64,000 bases of DNA from Candidatus Eiseniibacteriota bacterium (GTDB lineage: Bacteria > Eisenbacteria > RBG-16-71-46 > CAIMUX01 > VGJL01): NCBI GenBank assembly GCA_963792585.1, contig CAWBWI010000002.1, positions 128,001 to 192,000 of the forward strand. Direction: 5' to 3'. The notes below the pieces were generated by a model that was given only the letters and a program-made list of their open reading frames with translations, did no database searches and was not told the DNA's origin. The position numbers and the translations under genes were made by a program. Positions 35,689-46,816 of the stretch are shown here, in pieces. Position 1 is the stretch's first letter, and each line of letters begins with the position of its first letter.

Positions 35689-36420
35689 TTACATGTCGAA
35701 CTCACTCTGCCCGATCTCCTTGGGAAGAGTTCCGAGTTCCTGGAGTCGGTAGACGACGACTTGCATGCTCACATCGAACTGCGCCATCACCTCCCGGATC
35801 ACGGAATCAGCCTGGGCGGCCCGCAGCGCCTCCCGAACCGACCCAAGTCCCCGGGCTTCCAGGAGCGACCGGAGGTATTCGACCGTTTCGCGCCGAGGCA
35901 GCAGCAGCGATGCCATTCCGCGATTCGCTTGATACTCCCACCATTGGCCGTCATAGCCGGACTCTCCGCCCCCGTAGACTCCAACCGATTCCTGTCGGCA
36001 GAGAACCTTGGGTAACGGTCGAACGGGGTCACCGAACAGCGATGGCGTCGCCAGGTCGACGAGATGGAGATGTCCGTGCATGACGATGTGAGCGCATTCG
36101 TGAGCGAGGGTGGTGCGCAGGCGCCGCCGGGCCACCAGGTCGGTTTCGGCATTGTCTGACAGCTCCCGACTCACAAAGGCCTCATATCGTCCATCCGGAT
36201 GAAAGTGGGTCATGCCCAGGACGCCCTCGGGCAGCTCGCCGTAGTCCGGAACCACTCCGTAGACGCGCTCGAGGATTCCTTCGACATCGACGCCGGTTCC
36301 CCCGACCAGGGGGACCGAACCGGACCGCTGCCGCGCTTCGTCCATCATGGCGTCGAACTCGTCATTCTCAAACCACAGGCGTTGGCCCCAAGGGCTGGCT
36401 GGATCGGGTCGTGTCCTCAT
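35689..36420 (-). CDS. capP: ImmA/IrrE-family metallopeptidase (CapP-like)
   Basis: RLRTTLAHECAHI (HExxH), EYQANRGMASLLLP. Confidence 0.88.
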   Translation of the reverse strand: MRTRPDPASPWGQRLWFENDEFDAMMDEARQRSGSVPLVGGTGVDVEGILERVYGVVPDYGELPEGVLGMTHFHPDGRYEAFVSRELSDNAETDLVARRRLRTTLAHECAHIVMHGHLHLVDLATPSLFGDPVRPLPKVLCRQESVGVYGGGESGYDGQWWEYQANRGMASLLLPRRETVEYLRSLLEARGLGSVREALRAAQADSVIREVMAQFDVSMQVVVYRLQELGTLPKEIGQSEFDM

Positions 36421-36779
36421 GAATTTCGCTTCTTTCGTTTCTGTTCCTCCTCCTCGAGTTGCTTGACGATCTCACGGGGGTCCTTGCCGACGTCACGAAC
36501 CTTCCGCAACATGTCCCGAACTCCCGGAGTGGCGTTGGCCCACGCCCGGACATCCGGATCGAGCCGGGTATCCATTCGGACTAGCTCCTCGAAGGTGGCT
36601 CCAACAGAGTGAAGCTCGTTGGTGATCTTTCGGAGTTGTGGATCTGGGGGCCGCCGCCGGTCGTGCTCGATGTCCGACAGGTAGGCGGCGGAAATGCCCA
36701 GCATCTCGGCGAACTTCCGCAGGGTGAATCCTGCCTCCGTCCGCAGTCGCCGGATTTCTTGTCCGAGAGTTCTGTCCAT
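36417..36779 (-). CDS. capH: XRE HTH repressor (CapH-like)
   Basis: GQEIRRLR...TLRKFAEMLGISAAYLSDIE. ATGA-coupled to the peptidase. Confidence 0.88.
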   Translation of the reverse strand: MDRTLGQEIRRLRTEAGFTLRKFAEMLGISAAYLSDIEHDRRRPPDPQLRKITNELHSVGATFEELVRMDTRLDPDVRAWANATPGVRDMLRKVRDVGKDPREIVKQLEEEEQKRKKRNS

Positions 36780-36785
36780 ACCCTG

Positions 36786-36814
36786 ATGTTAGCTGATAGC
36801 AGCGAACATGTCAA
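36786..36814 (-). promoter_or_regulatory. sigma70 promoter of capH (probably leaderless)
   Basis: TTGACA-17 bp-TAACAT with 6 nt to the ATG. Confidence 0.7.
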
Positions 36815-37005
36815 GCACCCCAGGTGTGGAAAACCACCGGCGACCGAGGCACTGGAAGCTCCTGTTCCGGTTTGTCCCGTCCGCCATCCTCTGCTCCTCA
36901 GCCCAGGGTGGCACCGATCGCCCAGCACGGAACAACGACGTGATCTTCGTTCGAACCCGTCCGTCCAGGACAGCGTAACACCTCGGGTATCCGGGCGTGG
37001 TTCCC

Positions 37006-38196
37006 CTACGTTCTCTTTCGCGGTCGCGGGTCCGCGCGCTCAAATGCCCGCACCAGCTCCTCTACGAGTGGCCGCTTGATCGACTTGTCCGGTCGGCCGT
37101 GGACGAGCTCTTCCCGCTGCCCGGAGCGATTCCGGGCCGCACCCCCGAAGCAGATGAGATCCACCTTGCATTGCACGAGCGGCTCGACCTCGGGAAGCGC
37201 GATCGAACCGGCGATCCAGAGTTCGATTCCCTTCTTGTGGGCGAGCGCGGCGAGCCGTTTCGTTTCAGCGGTGTCATAGAAGTCCACGTAGCGCCGGCCG
37301 GTGAACTTCTCGAACGTGTCGAGGAGGACTCCCTGCCATCCACCGTCCGCCGCGAGGGAGATACCTTTCTCTGCGATCTCGAAGGGTTGCTCGCCATGCG
37401 AGTCGATGCCGATCTCCGGGAAGAACACAGCCACGAGCGGAAACCGAGTCGTCTTGTTCAGCGGGGTTACGACGGCCCCTGCCTCGACAGCCCGGTCGAT
37501 TTCCACGCGAACAAGTTTCATCTGCCGCAGAACTTCGTCGCTCCGAAGATCCCGTTTGTACTCGTCGAGGTGGGCGAATCCGACTTTGACGATGTCCGCC
37601 CCGGCGCCGACGGCAGCCAGGATCTTCGTGGCTGTTAGAGCGGCCGTCGACCGCGAGTCAATCCTGCCGGTCTTTGGATTACGGACGATCTGTGTTGTCT
37701 CCGATACGTTGGTCGAGATGTAGACATGCTCGCCGATCTTGCGACGAATATCCAGAAGCTCTGTCACCGTGGCCGGTCCCAGCGCCTGCTCCATGTGCTC
37801 GGCATCGACCACGACTCGGTCGTGACGCACAAGCCCCGGGATTTCCTGCCCCTCATGCCCACTAATGAGGCAGAGCGAATTCACGGGACGGGGGTGGGAG
37901 GCGCTGGTCCACGCGCTCAGTCGATACCCGTGCCGGTGATGCGACGCCTGCTTGAACTTGGCAAGCGCTTCTTGCCGCATGGAGAGGATCTTCCGGGCAA
38001 CCGGGCTTACCTGGGAAAGTGCGTCTCGAAGACTGGTCCAGGACCCCTGGTCCTGCGCTAAACGCTGAATCTCGACGATGATGTCCCCTCCAGCACCGAT
38101 CGCCTTCCAGCATGCCTTGCGACTGTCCTGGTGATCACCGATCGCACGGAGCTTCTGCAGGTCATCGTCAGACCGGGTGACTAGATACTCGGGCAT
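37006..38196 (-). CDS. MfnB/DUF556-like TIM barrel ((5-formylfuran-3-yl)methyl phosphate synthase family) with N-terminal extension
   Basis: VVVDAEH..QALG, GADIVKVGF, LLDTFEK, WIAGSI, DLICFGGA. Has its own RBS (GAGGGAGAGGAC-ATG). Confidence 0.7.
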   Translation of the reverse strand: MPEYLVTRSDDDLQKLRAIGDHQDSRKACWKAIGAGGDIIVEIQRLAQDQGSWTSLRDALSQVSPVARKILSMRQEALAKFKQASHHRHGYRLSAWTSASHPRPVNSLCLISGHEGQEIPGLVRHDRVVVDAEHMEQALGPATVTELLDIRRKIGEHVYISTNVSETTQIVRNPKTGRIDSRSTAALTATKILAAVGAGADIVKVGFAHLDEYKRDLRSDEVLRQMKLVRVEIDRAVEAGAVVTPLNKTTRFPLVAVFFPEIGIDSHGEQPFEIAEKGISLAADGGWQGVLLDTFEKFTGRRYVDFYDTAETKRLAALAHKKGIELWIAGSIALPEVEPLVQCKVDLICFGGAARNRSGQREELVHGRPDKSIKRPLVEELVRAFERADPRPRKRT

Positions 38197-38206
38197 GTCC
38201 TCTCCC

Positions 38207-39093
38207 TCAAACCGAAAATGTTTGGAGGTCTTCGAGTACGGCGACTGAGGTGCTCCACTGTGCGATCCGCCGCTGGAACATGTAGTAGCGGGGCGGGTCC
38301 GCCATGGCAGAAGCCTCGCCGCCGCCAGCGACGTGTCCGGCCGAGCTTCCAGAAGTTGGGCGGCAATCTCGGTCGGCACGGCGATCGGAGTGGTGGCCCA
38401 GGTCGCCGCCTCCCGGGAGCACAGGCCGGCCCGTACGATGGCACATAGCTGATCCGGATGGCCGTAGTCACGGCGGCCACGGAGGATTGTCGGCATAAAG
38501 AAGTCGCCCAGGTGAGAGCACAGGGTGACGTACGCATGGAGCACCGAGGTGGCCACAACTGCCGTCGGACGAATGTCTCGGAGAGTGCACCAGTGTTCCC
38601 AGGCCTTCCCGCCGTCCGCTGTGTCCGTCGTAGGCCGGTCGAATGACTGCCTCGGGCAGCCGTTGAATCGCTCCGGAGGGTCGTAGACGTCCTTGGCCGA
38701 GATCCTGCCAGTCGAATTCCCCTCGATGAAGCCGAGAAGCACCGAGTCGCGCAGGAGGCTCCGGCCGACAGGAGAGTCGACGGCATGGGTTACGATTCGA
38801 CCGGTCAACTCGGCGGACACGCTGGCGAAGTACAAGTCACTCGCCTGGTCGTGAGAAACCTCCAAGTAGAGGAACTGCCCGTCCGGTGATCGCCGAACCC
38901 CGGAGGCGGCAACCTGGTGGCAGCTTCCATGCCAGGCGCCGAAGTCATAGTCACCATCATCCCCGGGACCAAGGTCGTCCCCTTGGATCAGGACCCGGTC
39001 GAGCCAGAGTCGGCGGAGCGCCTCCACATTCGCCGGGGCATCGGTGAGGTACCCGGCAGCGGTCACCTCGAAATCAAGATCGCCTCGCTTCAT
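38207..39093 (-). CDS. Hypothetical protein (1-nt frameshift near 38303)
   Basis: Restoring one base gives ...LLPW-ADPPRYYMFQRRIAQW...TFSV* ending at 38207, just before the next RBS. Confidence 0.6.
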
Positions 39094-39153
39094 GCTTCCC
39101 TCTTTGGTGTCCACTCAGCGCAGGGCATGAGCAGTAGTGTGAATGGCATTGAC

Positions 39154-40801
39154 CTATGGATGTCGAGCGTGGCGACGGGATCTTGCGGCGTCGCGCTGCC
39201 TACGGATCCGTTCGCGCCTCAGCCAGAGGTCTGTCACCGGAATGAAGGAAATGCTTACGAGGTACCCCATCCGTCGCAAGTTGCGCGTGGCGTTCTTGAG
39301 GTTCACCTTGCTGAAGAACGGCAGGTCGGGTTGTCGGCTCGATTTGCTGACGATCGCGTAGACGATCTCGTACTCGTCCCGACCCGGCGGATCGACCGGT
39401 GTTGAAATCCGCAGGGCCTCAGGAAGTCTCTCGTTTACCGCGCTACGAAACGCCGCGCTCTCGTAGAACAGCTCACTCGCCACCAGTCCTTGGGCGAATA
39501 GGTGACTGAGAACGCTCGATCCAGCATACCGTTTGATGTGGATCAGCTCTTTGTCCCGAGTGTAGATATCACAGGATTCGATCCGGCTGCGGCCTCCTCC
39601 GAACACAATGGTGTCGGAGTCAAGGATCGCACACCGGTCACGGTCGGCGGCGCAAACGCGTCCAATGTAATCCTGCTCTGAATCGTCCTCGTAGGGCGGG
39701 AAAGCCAGGTCCTTTCTTGGGATTGCTGCAATCGCCTGGTTCACCTCCTGCACGAAATTCCTGTCGACGCAGTACCAATGTCCGTCCGTGAGAAGGTAGG
39801 TGCTGTCATTCTCAACAACCTCGAAGTAGACGCATCGGTAGATCGGCCATGAGAGGATCGGTACGTCGTCCGAGGCGCGGATCGCGTGGGCTTGTCTGGA
39901 CCGGAGCGTCTCCACGGTAATCGCGCTTGATGCGGGAAGAGCGGACTTGAACGAGTGGACGCTCACGTCCGGGAAGATCTCGGCAGATTGGCTCTTCGAG
40001 TAGGCGACGCCACGTAGGTCCGTCCACTCGACGATGTCAGGCACCGCTAGCCACAGGCGATCGTGATCGTCGGACCGCATCGCCTCTACCAGCTGTCCGT
40101 CGAGGCGCTGAGCCAATTCGCGATCATTCACCTCGGCAATCTGGTCGATCCACGGGTAATCGGCGCGATACCGCTGGTCCTCATACTTGTCGAGATAGCG
40201 CTCAAGGAGCGGATGGAGGCCACCAAGATCTACATGGACGGAAACCGCCACCGCATCGCGGCCCGCCATGCGATTACCGAGAGTACGATCCTCGGGAACG
40301 CCCGTTACGGCACGGAGCAAATCGCGGTCCAGGTCCAATCCGAAGTCGGCGACACTCGCGTCGCGGCTGGTCTGCTCTCTGCTTTGGCGCGACAATGCGT
40401 CAAAGGTCGTCTTGTCAATCGACCGAATGGTGCTGCCCTTCGCGATCGAGTTGAGAGTCACGCGCAATCCGAAACGCTGTTCCCATGAGTCCTGTTTGAG
40501 AAGATTGCGACCGTGCCCGAAGGTAACAGCAAGCAGTCGATCTCTGACGGGGACGAGGTAGAATTCCGGCCGTGCTGGCGTTGAACACGCCCTGAACTGT
40601 GATCTGGCCCTGGAAGAGAGATAGCCAGCTTGGCGTCCGTTGTTCGGTGCGCCTGTACCAAAGCGCTGCCTCGGGTCCCTGAGGGGAAAGGCTCAGGTCA
40701 CACCGAACCAACGGAGCCGTCGACGCCAGGGCATCCTCAGCGGACCGGAAGCGATCCTTGATGAGATAGACAGTCAAGTGGCGGCTTGGTCGACGCGGCA
40801 T
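39154..40801 (-). CDS. TIGR04141/DUF6119-like sporadically distributed protein (frameshift near 40555)
   Basis: LTVYLIK, PSW, AVTFGHGR, FGLRVTLNSI, FGLD..RDLLRAVTG, IESCD, IHIKR..SSVLSHLFAQG, LPFFSKVNL. Confidence 0.8.
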
Positions 40802-41652
40802 GGGGCTCCCCGAAAAACGATCCACGGAGCTTGCGATTCCCCTGAGAGAAGCAGTATGGGTCGGAAGGGCAGCCCAGGCAAGCGCCCCGGGTCGCGTTCT
40901 AGTGTGGTGCCCCTCGTGTCCTTGGCCTGGTGGGATAGGTGGGTGTCGACGCCCGTTATTGTTTTGTGCGGCCAGAAGATATCCACCGAAGACGCACGGT
41001 TTCCGAGTCTACTAATGCTCACCAGTAACTCAGCTCGGCTGGCAGGATCCGGCATCCAGTCCTTGGGGTGCTGCAACCACGCGCCTGATCCGTGATGAGA
41101 TCGGCAAGCCGCGTATAAGCGGCGGCCCGCTTTGCTCACGAACTCTCCCAAAACGGGGCGCTCACCCTCCGGAAAGCTTCAAATTGGTGCGGTCACAAGG
41201 AATTCTTACTCTCAAGGCGCGTGGGTCAGGATGCCCCATTAGATGGCTGCATGTCGCTCATTCCAACATGCCGTTGGACAGTCCACCCGGTGAGAATTAT
41301 CCTGCTTGCGACTTCTCCAGAGATGGTCGCCGCAGGGGCTGCTGCGACCACCGTACTAGCGATCGCGCGGGGTTGAGAATCTGGAGCCGCCATGAGAGCC
41401 GCTGCAATGTCCGTGCCGCAGGGTGTGCCCCCCGTCCGGGAGGAGGGAGGGGCATTCGTATCTTCGCCGGCAGGTGACGCGGCCCAGCCTCGACCACTTG
41501 GCCCGCCTGTCCACCCTCGTCCTCGAAAGGCTCTGCACCGTGCCCCCCGTCACGCGCGAAAGCCTGTCCCGATACACGCGACCGACATTCCTGTGGTACC
41601 GGGCATGTTCCCGGTAGCGATCATGCCGTCGACTCAAGGGAGGCCGCCCGCC

Positions 41653-44600
41653 ATGAGACCCAGACCGTCGTACCTCAACCCGTGGAGAATCCTGGTCCCG
41701 ATCGTGTTCCTGACAGTGATGACCGCCATACCTGCGCTGGCGGGCCGTAACGCTGGAGGGGCTCTGATCGTCCACACGAACGACGCCGTGGCCTACACGG
41801 TCACCGGCGACTATTGCCAGACGAGCTTCCTGCCCGCGTCGTGCGAGGCCGCTGTTACCCGCACGGACAAGGACGAGGACACGCCCGCGGTGATCTGGCT
41901 GCTCGCGGCCTTCCCCGATACGTCGTCACCGGCCGTGACGGCAATCCAGTTTGGAATCGAGCACAATCTGCCGGCGAACGAGGGCTACTTCGAGCACTAC
42001 GCCAAGTGCGGTGATCTCGAGATGCCGGATCAAGGGTGGCCCGAGACCGGATTCGGCAATCTCTTGTCGTTTGGGTCGGCGGCGAAGACGGAGCTGCTCT
42101 TCCCGTTCTACTGGTTCGCGGCATATGGGTTCGAGGGGGCGTATCTGGGGACGAGGACGTATCCGAGCACGGATGAGGCGAAGTTCGTGGGGAATGAGAA
42201 TCCGCCGTTAGAGGATCGGATCTTCCAATTTGGCATTGTCCGTTGGTACGCCCAAGGCGCCAATTCCTGTCCAGCCTTTGGATCGGCCGATCAGAACGAA
42301 GACCACTCCGGGGGAGTGGATGATAATGAGACGACAGACGCGTCGACGCAGGTGCTGCCCGAAGTCATATACACAACGAGTGGGACCTGGAGCTTCCTTG
42401 TCTATGGCCCTCATCCCAATATGATAGCTAGCGTGGGCTTCCAATCAAACGACGAGAGGGTAGATGCGAATCTAGTCATGTCCACGGGCCCCGTTTCCTC
42501 ACTATGGACAGTTGCGTACCCGGAGCTGACCGCAGGTGCCCCAGCTTCGGTCACGGTTCGATTGACAACCGGAGCGACGTCGGATTTTCCAATTACTATA
42601 GCAGCGCCGGATCCGATCCGTGGCGAATTGCTTGCCGGGAGCGTCACAGTCGACCTTCGCCCGGGGACAATCGTCTGGGCGCCAGTCACTGGGCTCACCC
42701 GAGAAAGCCAAATTAGAACCCCGTCGGAGGTAGCCGTCAGTGACACCTTGCTACATCGATCCATCTCGGGTCTAGGAGTCACGGGCATCCGCAAATTGAT
42801 GGGCGACATTGCAGATGGCGATTCAACATGGAGCATGACCAGCGGGGGCACGGCTCATATCCCGGTGGCGGCTCGGTCAACATACACGTTGTTCTTCCCC
42901 AAACAAGTATCGAGCTGGGCCGTCGCAGAGATACTGCGCATGTGCCCATCCGTCCTCGACGTTGCTCCTGCCGGCCGCATAAATCCCGAGTCCACCCCCG
43001 AGTGCCCTGCGAGCGATCCATTCTGGTCATCGGAATGGTATATGAAATCCTCCCAAGAGACGGACTCGTGCTGTGTCTTGGCGGCGAATCACGCCTGGTG
43101 TATAAGTCGTGGGGCGGGCATCCGCATATATGTTGTAGATTGTATGGTGAACCCCGACCACCCGGACCTCACCGTACAGCTGCGGCCAGGTATCTGGTTT
43201 CCGGAGTTCATATCCGGATGGAGTGGAATTAACCATGGCTCATTTGTGGGGGTCATGGCCGCTGGGCACCACACCGGCAACAACTCATCTGCAGGTCAGG
43301 AGTACGCGGGAGTGGCCCCTGAGGACATAATCCACTCCTCCCCCTTCTACTACAGTGATCCTCTTGATTATGCTATAGACGCTATTCGTTATGTGGGGGA
43401 TGTTGCGACTGGTGCCTTAAGTGTCATGACCTGTGCATGGTCGGTGGGCTACTACACTCAAGGACAATATCAGACTATGTTGAGCTTGGCCCAACTCTGC
43501 AAGACGAGAAATGTCCTATTCCTAGCGGCGACCCCCCGAAATGGCGATACGAATGCGATCCCGGCTGCGATGGAGTCTGTGTACGGTGTCTGTGGCATTC
43601 GAAGTGATGGTAGCATCCTCGGGATCGCAGATAGCCTAGCTGCGATCGCACCGGTTGTCTGGAGCCCACCCTCATTTTTTGGAGTTGACGGGACCGTGAT
43701 CATCCCCCCGAGCACCTCGATGGCTACTGCGTTGGCCGCCGGAGCCGCCTCTGTGGTGGCCGGTTGCGCGGGCTTGAACGTGGCGGACCCGAATGCCGCT
43801 GCTTGGCTGGGGCATTTGATGGTCGAGGATTGCCATCCGACCGGTGGGGGGATACGCGGGCTTGACGCGGAACGGATTTGTGCTTTGGTGCCGATCCAAG
43901 ATGTCACGAATGTCAGCGCGACGGGTGGAAATCACAACGTTACGATTTCGTGGACTCTGACGGACGCTGAGAACGTGGACGGATTTGCGATATGGGAGGC
44001 AGCCTCCTGCTGGGGGCCATTTGAAGCCACAACTACATGGATACCATGCACCGGTGCCGGGAACTATGCTGAGACCGTTTCCGCCCCCTATGCTAGGGAG
44101 TACTACTACAAACTTGTCGCGTGGGGGGGAGGGGCATCAATGGAATACAAGTGTCACGCGAGTCCCAGTGTGGGGGATGGCGTGGATCCTCTGGCGGCAC
44201 CGGTAGGAGTGACGTTCAGCGGGCGACCCCCGACAGGCAGCAAAATACAATGGCAAAAGCGAAATTCTCTATCTTACCATATCTACTACGAGGTGTATCG
44301 GGGGTGCACGACTCCGCTTGATGAATGTGGATACGATGAGCATTGGGGCAACTGGCGCATTGGCGAGGTGGACAACAATGTTCAGAGCTGTGCTGACCCC
44401 CCCGAGATGGAGCTAGCCTGTTGGTGGGACGAAAATCTGGTGCCGGGACGTCTCTACGCTTATAGGGTTGCTACGTTGGGAAAGGATAATCAAGGAAGAA
44501 CGGTGTTCATGTCGGCACCGTCCTCCGAGGTCGTCGGCTACAGTCAGCTACCAGGTGAGGTTGATGCATTAGTGGGGACCGGAGAAGATCTGTCATTCGA

Positions 44601-44865
44601 GATTGCCAATATGCCGATTCACCACGGGAACTGCGTGAGGTTAGAAATCCTGAGCGGAAGGGCGAGAGAGGTGTCGGCGGGATTGTATGACTCAGCAGGG
44701 CGCGTCATATCATTGAAGGCGACGCGATGGCTTGTCAGCGAGGGGAGAACTTCGGTCGTGGCGACGTTGGCTGGCGGAGAGAGCCTGGCCCGGGGAGTGT
44801 ACTTCATTCGCATTAAGACGGGCGACGGGTTTACAGCAAAGAAGAAGCTGATAGTTTTGGATTAG
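41653..44865 (+). CDS. Secreted S8 (subtilase)-like peptidase with a C-terminal sorting-like domain
   Basis: Signal peptide; triad IYVVD / NHGSFVG / STSMA; C-terminal LYDSAGR...GVYFIRI...KKLIVL. Confidence 0.75.
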   Translation: MRPRPSYLNPWRILVPIVFLTVMTAIPALAGRNAGGALIVHTNDAVAYTVTGDYCQTSFLPASCEAAVTRTDKDEDTPAVIWLLAAFPDTSSPAVTAIQFGIEHNLPANEGYFEHYAKCGDLEMPDQGWPETGFGNLLSFGSAAKTELLFPFYWFAAYGFEGAYLGTRTYPSTDEAKFVGNENPPLEDRIFQFGIVRWYAQGANSCPAFGSADQNEDHSGGVDDNETTDASTQVLPEVIYTTSGTWSFLVYGPHPNMIASVGFQSNDERVDANLVMSTGPVSSLWTVAYPELTAGAPASVTVRLTTGATSDFPITIAAPDPIRGELLAGSVTVDLRPGTIVWAPVTGLTRESQIRTPSEVAVSDTLLHRSISGLGVTGIRKLMGDIADGDSTWSMTSGGTAHIPVAARSTYTLFFPKQVSSWAVAEILRMCPSVLDVAPAGRINPESTPECPASDPFWSSEWYMKSSQETDSCCVLAANHAWCISRGAGIRIYVVDCMVNPDHPDLTVQLRPGIWFPEFISGWSGINHGSFVGVMAAGHHTGNNSSAGQEYAGVAPEDIIHSSPFYYSDPLDYAIDAIRYVGDVATGALSVMTCAWSVGYYTQGQYQTMLSLAQLCKTRNVLFLAATPRNGDTNAIPAAMESVYGVCGIRSDGSILGIADSLAAIAPVVWSPPSFFGVDGTVIIPPSTSMATALAAGAASVVAGCAGLNVADPNAAAWLGHLMVEDCHPTGGGIRGLDAERICALVPIQDVTNVSATGGNHNVTISWTLTDAENVDGFAIWEAASCWGPFEATTTWIPCTGAGNYAETVSAPYAREYYYKLVAWGGGASMEYKCHASPSVGDGVDPLAAPVGVTFSGRPPTGSKIQWQKRNSLSYHIYYEVYRGCTTPLDECGYDEHWGNWRIGEVDNNVQSCADPPEMELACWWDENLVPGRLYAYRVATLGKDNQGRTVFMSAPSSEVVGYSQLPGEVDALVGTGEDLSFEIANMPIHHGNCVRLEILSGRAREVSAGLYDSAGRVISLKATRWLVSEGRTSVVATLAGGESLARGVYFIRIKTGDGFTAKKKLIVLD

Positions 44866-45215
44866 GCCAGACGAGGCAATTGACCGTGGGGCCTTAAGGA
44901 CTAACTTGCGGAATCAGGCAAGAGGCGAGTGGTGTGCCGGCCTCGCCTCGGGGTGCGTCTGAGGCACCGAGGATACTGACAGATTCTGATCCTCTGACCC
45001 CCGGAAGATGTCTTCCGACGGCTGACACGGCTGCGATCGTCGAATGTCGTGTTGGCTTCGCGGAAACGGCAGATCGATGGTGAGGGAACAAGGGATTGCG
45101 CCGACGGGGCGTGAGGGGAGAGGCTAGTTGGGGCATATGAAGACGCCTACGGCGATTGGACAGGTCCGATCCAGAGCTGACCCCGGCTGCTCCGATCGTG
45201 GATAGGGCGCCATGG

Positions 45216-46643
45216 TCAGGGGACAAGTCGAATGGATCTATAGAGAATGGGACTGTGTCCATCATGGAGGGAAGCCGCCAAGCGGCAATCACCAGATGGC
45301 AACAACGTATTACTACAGTCCGTAAGCGGCCAAGTCTGATTCATCGTGTAAGTCCTACCCGGTCGAACGACAAACATCCACTCGTCGGGAATAACTATGC
45401 ATGGTCGGCGCGCAACGCGCGCGCCACAACTGGCTTCAAGGTCGAGGCCCGGATAGCGCTCGAAAAGAAAACCGACAGAGTAGGGGCCATTGTTGACGAT
45501 CTTGAAGGTGAAAAGGACCGGATCACCGACGCGGTAGATCGCCTGATCAATCTCGAAGCGGAAGTCGATACCAAGTTGGGGAGCCCCCGGTACATCTTCG
45601 TGAGGATATAGATGGAGTTCTTTGGAAGCCCCAAGAATCCGTGTCTCGCTCGTCTGGAGATCGTTAATCAGGACCTGACCGGGGTTCGCACCCGTAGAAT
45701 AGGCGATCTGGTGATCGCTCAGCCAGCAGTACTTGACACGAGTCCCCGATGACAGGTTGCCGGTATCGATTGCCGAAACTCCCTCACCGGACAATTCTTG
45801 CACTTTGATGACGTGATTGTCGGGCATGTAGGCGATGCGCTGGCCGGAGGGGCTCCAGACATGGTTGAGGTCCCTCAGACTATCGCTGATCCTCCGGGGA
45901 ATCCCTCCATTGGCGGGAATGACGTATATTTGCCAGCGGGCGCCGTCATACATGGCAAAGCCGATGTGGGACCCATCGGGGGACCAAACCGGGAAATCCA
46001 GGTGGCCTTCGACGAGGAGAGAGGCGCTCCTCGTCCGCAGATCCAGGATCCATAGACCCGAATGTGAGTCAACACCATCGATGTGGCTCAGAACATAAGC
46101 CACGCGATCCCCATCTGGAGCAAAGGCAGGATTGAATATGTAATCCGGAGGCAGTCGCGTTGATAGCAAGGTCTCTGATGACCCAGAGTACGCTTGGTAG
46201 AGATAAAGCGAGGAGTCTGACTGGCAAAGGATTTTGTCCCCGACCATGCTCGCAAGATGAGGATGATAGCCTGGAAGGTCCTCCGCACGAACGGAGGCAA
46301 GGATCAGACCTCTTGCATCAGCGAGCTGGTAACCGGATCGAACATCGAGGGGATTCATTTCCTCAAGGAGGAAGTAATCCCCGTCCAGGGAGCCGAGGAC
46401 TGGCTGCAAGTCCGCAAGATGCTGCTCGCTGCCCGCGACCGGATCGACCGACCAAGCGGCCCCATCAGTTGTTCCGATGGTGATGATCTGATGCGTCGCA
46501 GAGAACCAGAGACCGGTGATCTGCACCGCTCTCGTTTCGTACTCGGATGGCTGTGGTGACACAGGATTGCGTTCGCAGCTGGCCGAGAGCAATGCCAGAC
46601 CGGCAACGATCCAGGTGCAACGTGCCTGCGGTATAAATAGCAT
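45216..46643 (-). CDS. TolB-like beta-propeller lipoprotein
   Basis: Lipobox SASC; repeats PAFAPDG, PVWSPDG, WSPSG. Confidence 0.85.
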   Translation of the reverse strand: MLFIPQARCTWIVAGLALLSASCERNPVSPQPSEYETRAVQITGLWFSATHQIITIGTTDGAAWSVDPVAGSEQHLADLQPVLGSLDGDYFLLEEMNPLDVRSGYQLADARGLILASVRAEDLPGYHPHLASMVGDKILCQSDSSLYLYQAYSGSSETLLSTRLPPDYIFNPAFAPDGDRVAYVLSHIDGVDSHSGLWILDLRTRSASLLVEGHLDFPVWSPDGSHIGFAMYDGARWQIYVIPANGGIPRRISDSLRDLNHVWSPSGQRIAYMPDNHVIKVQELSGEGVSAIDTGNLSSGTRVKYCWLSDHQIAYSTGANPGQVLINDLQTSETRILGASKELHLYPHEDVPGAPQLGIDFRFEIDQAIYRVGDPVLFTFKIVNNGPYSVGFLFERYPGLDLEASCGARVARRPCIVIPDEWMFVVRPGRTYTMNQTWPLTDCSNTLLPSGDCRLAASLHDGHSPILYRSIRLVP

Positions 46644-46816
46644 GGCTGGTCTCTCCTCGGACAGAGCGCCTTACGTCTACGTCGAGAACCACCGGGCGCA
46701 AGCTATCTTACTATCCAGGCTCGGTGTCGGTCCACCCCGCGTGCCTGACGTCGTTCCAGTGTTGTGGCGGACCGATCGGAGGGTGGTCAGGTCTCCTGCC
46801 GTGGAGGCACGGCTAG

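Noticed and set aside
37006..39114. 702-aa fusion ORF
   Set aside because: Better explained as two genes joined by a 1-nt deletion; there is an internal RBS and ATG at 38196.
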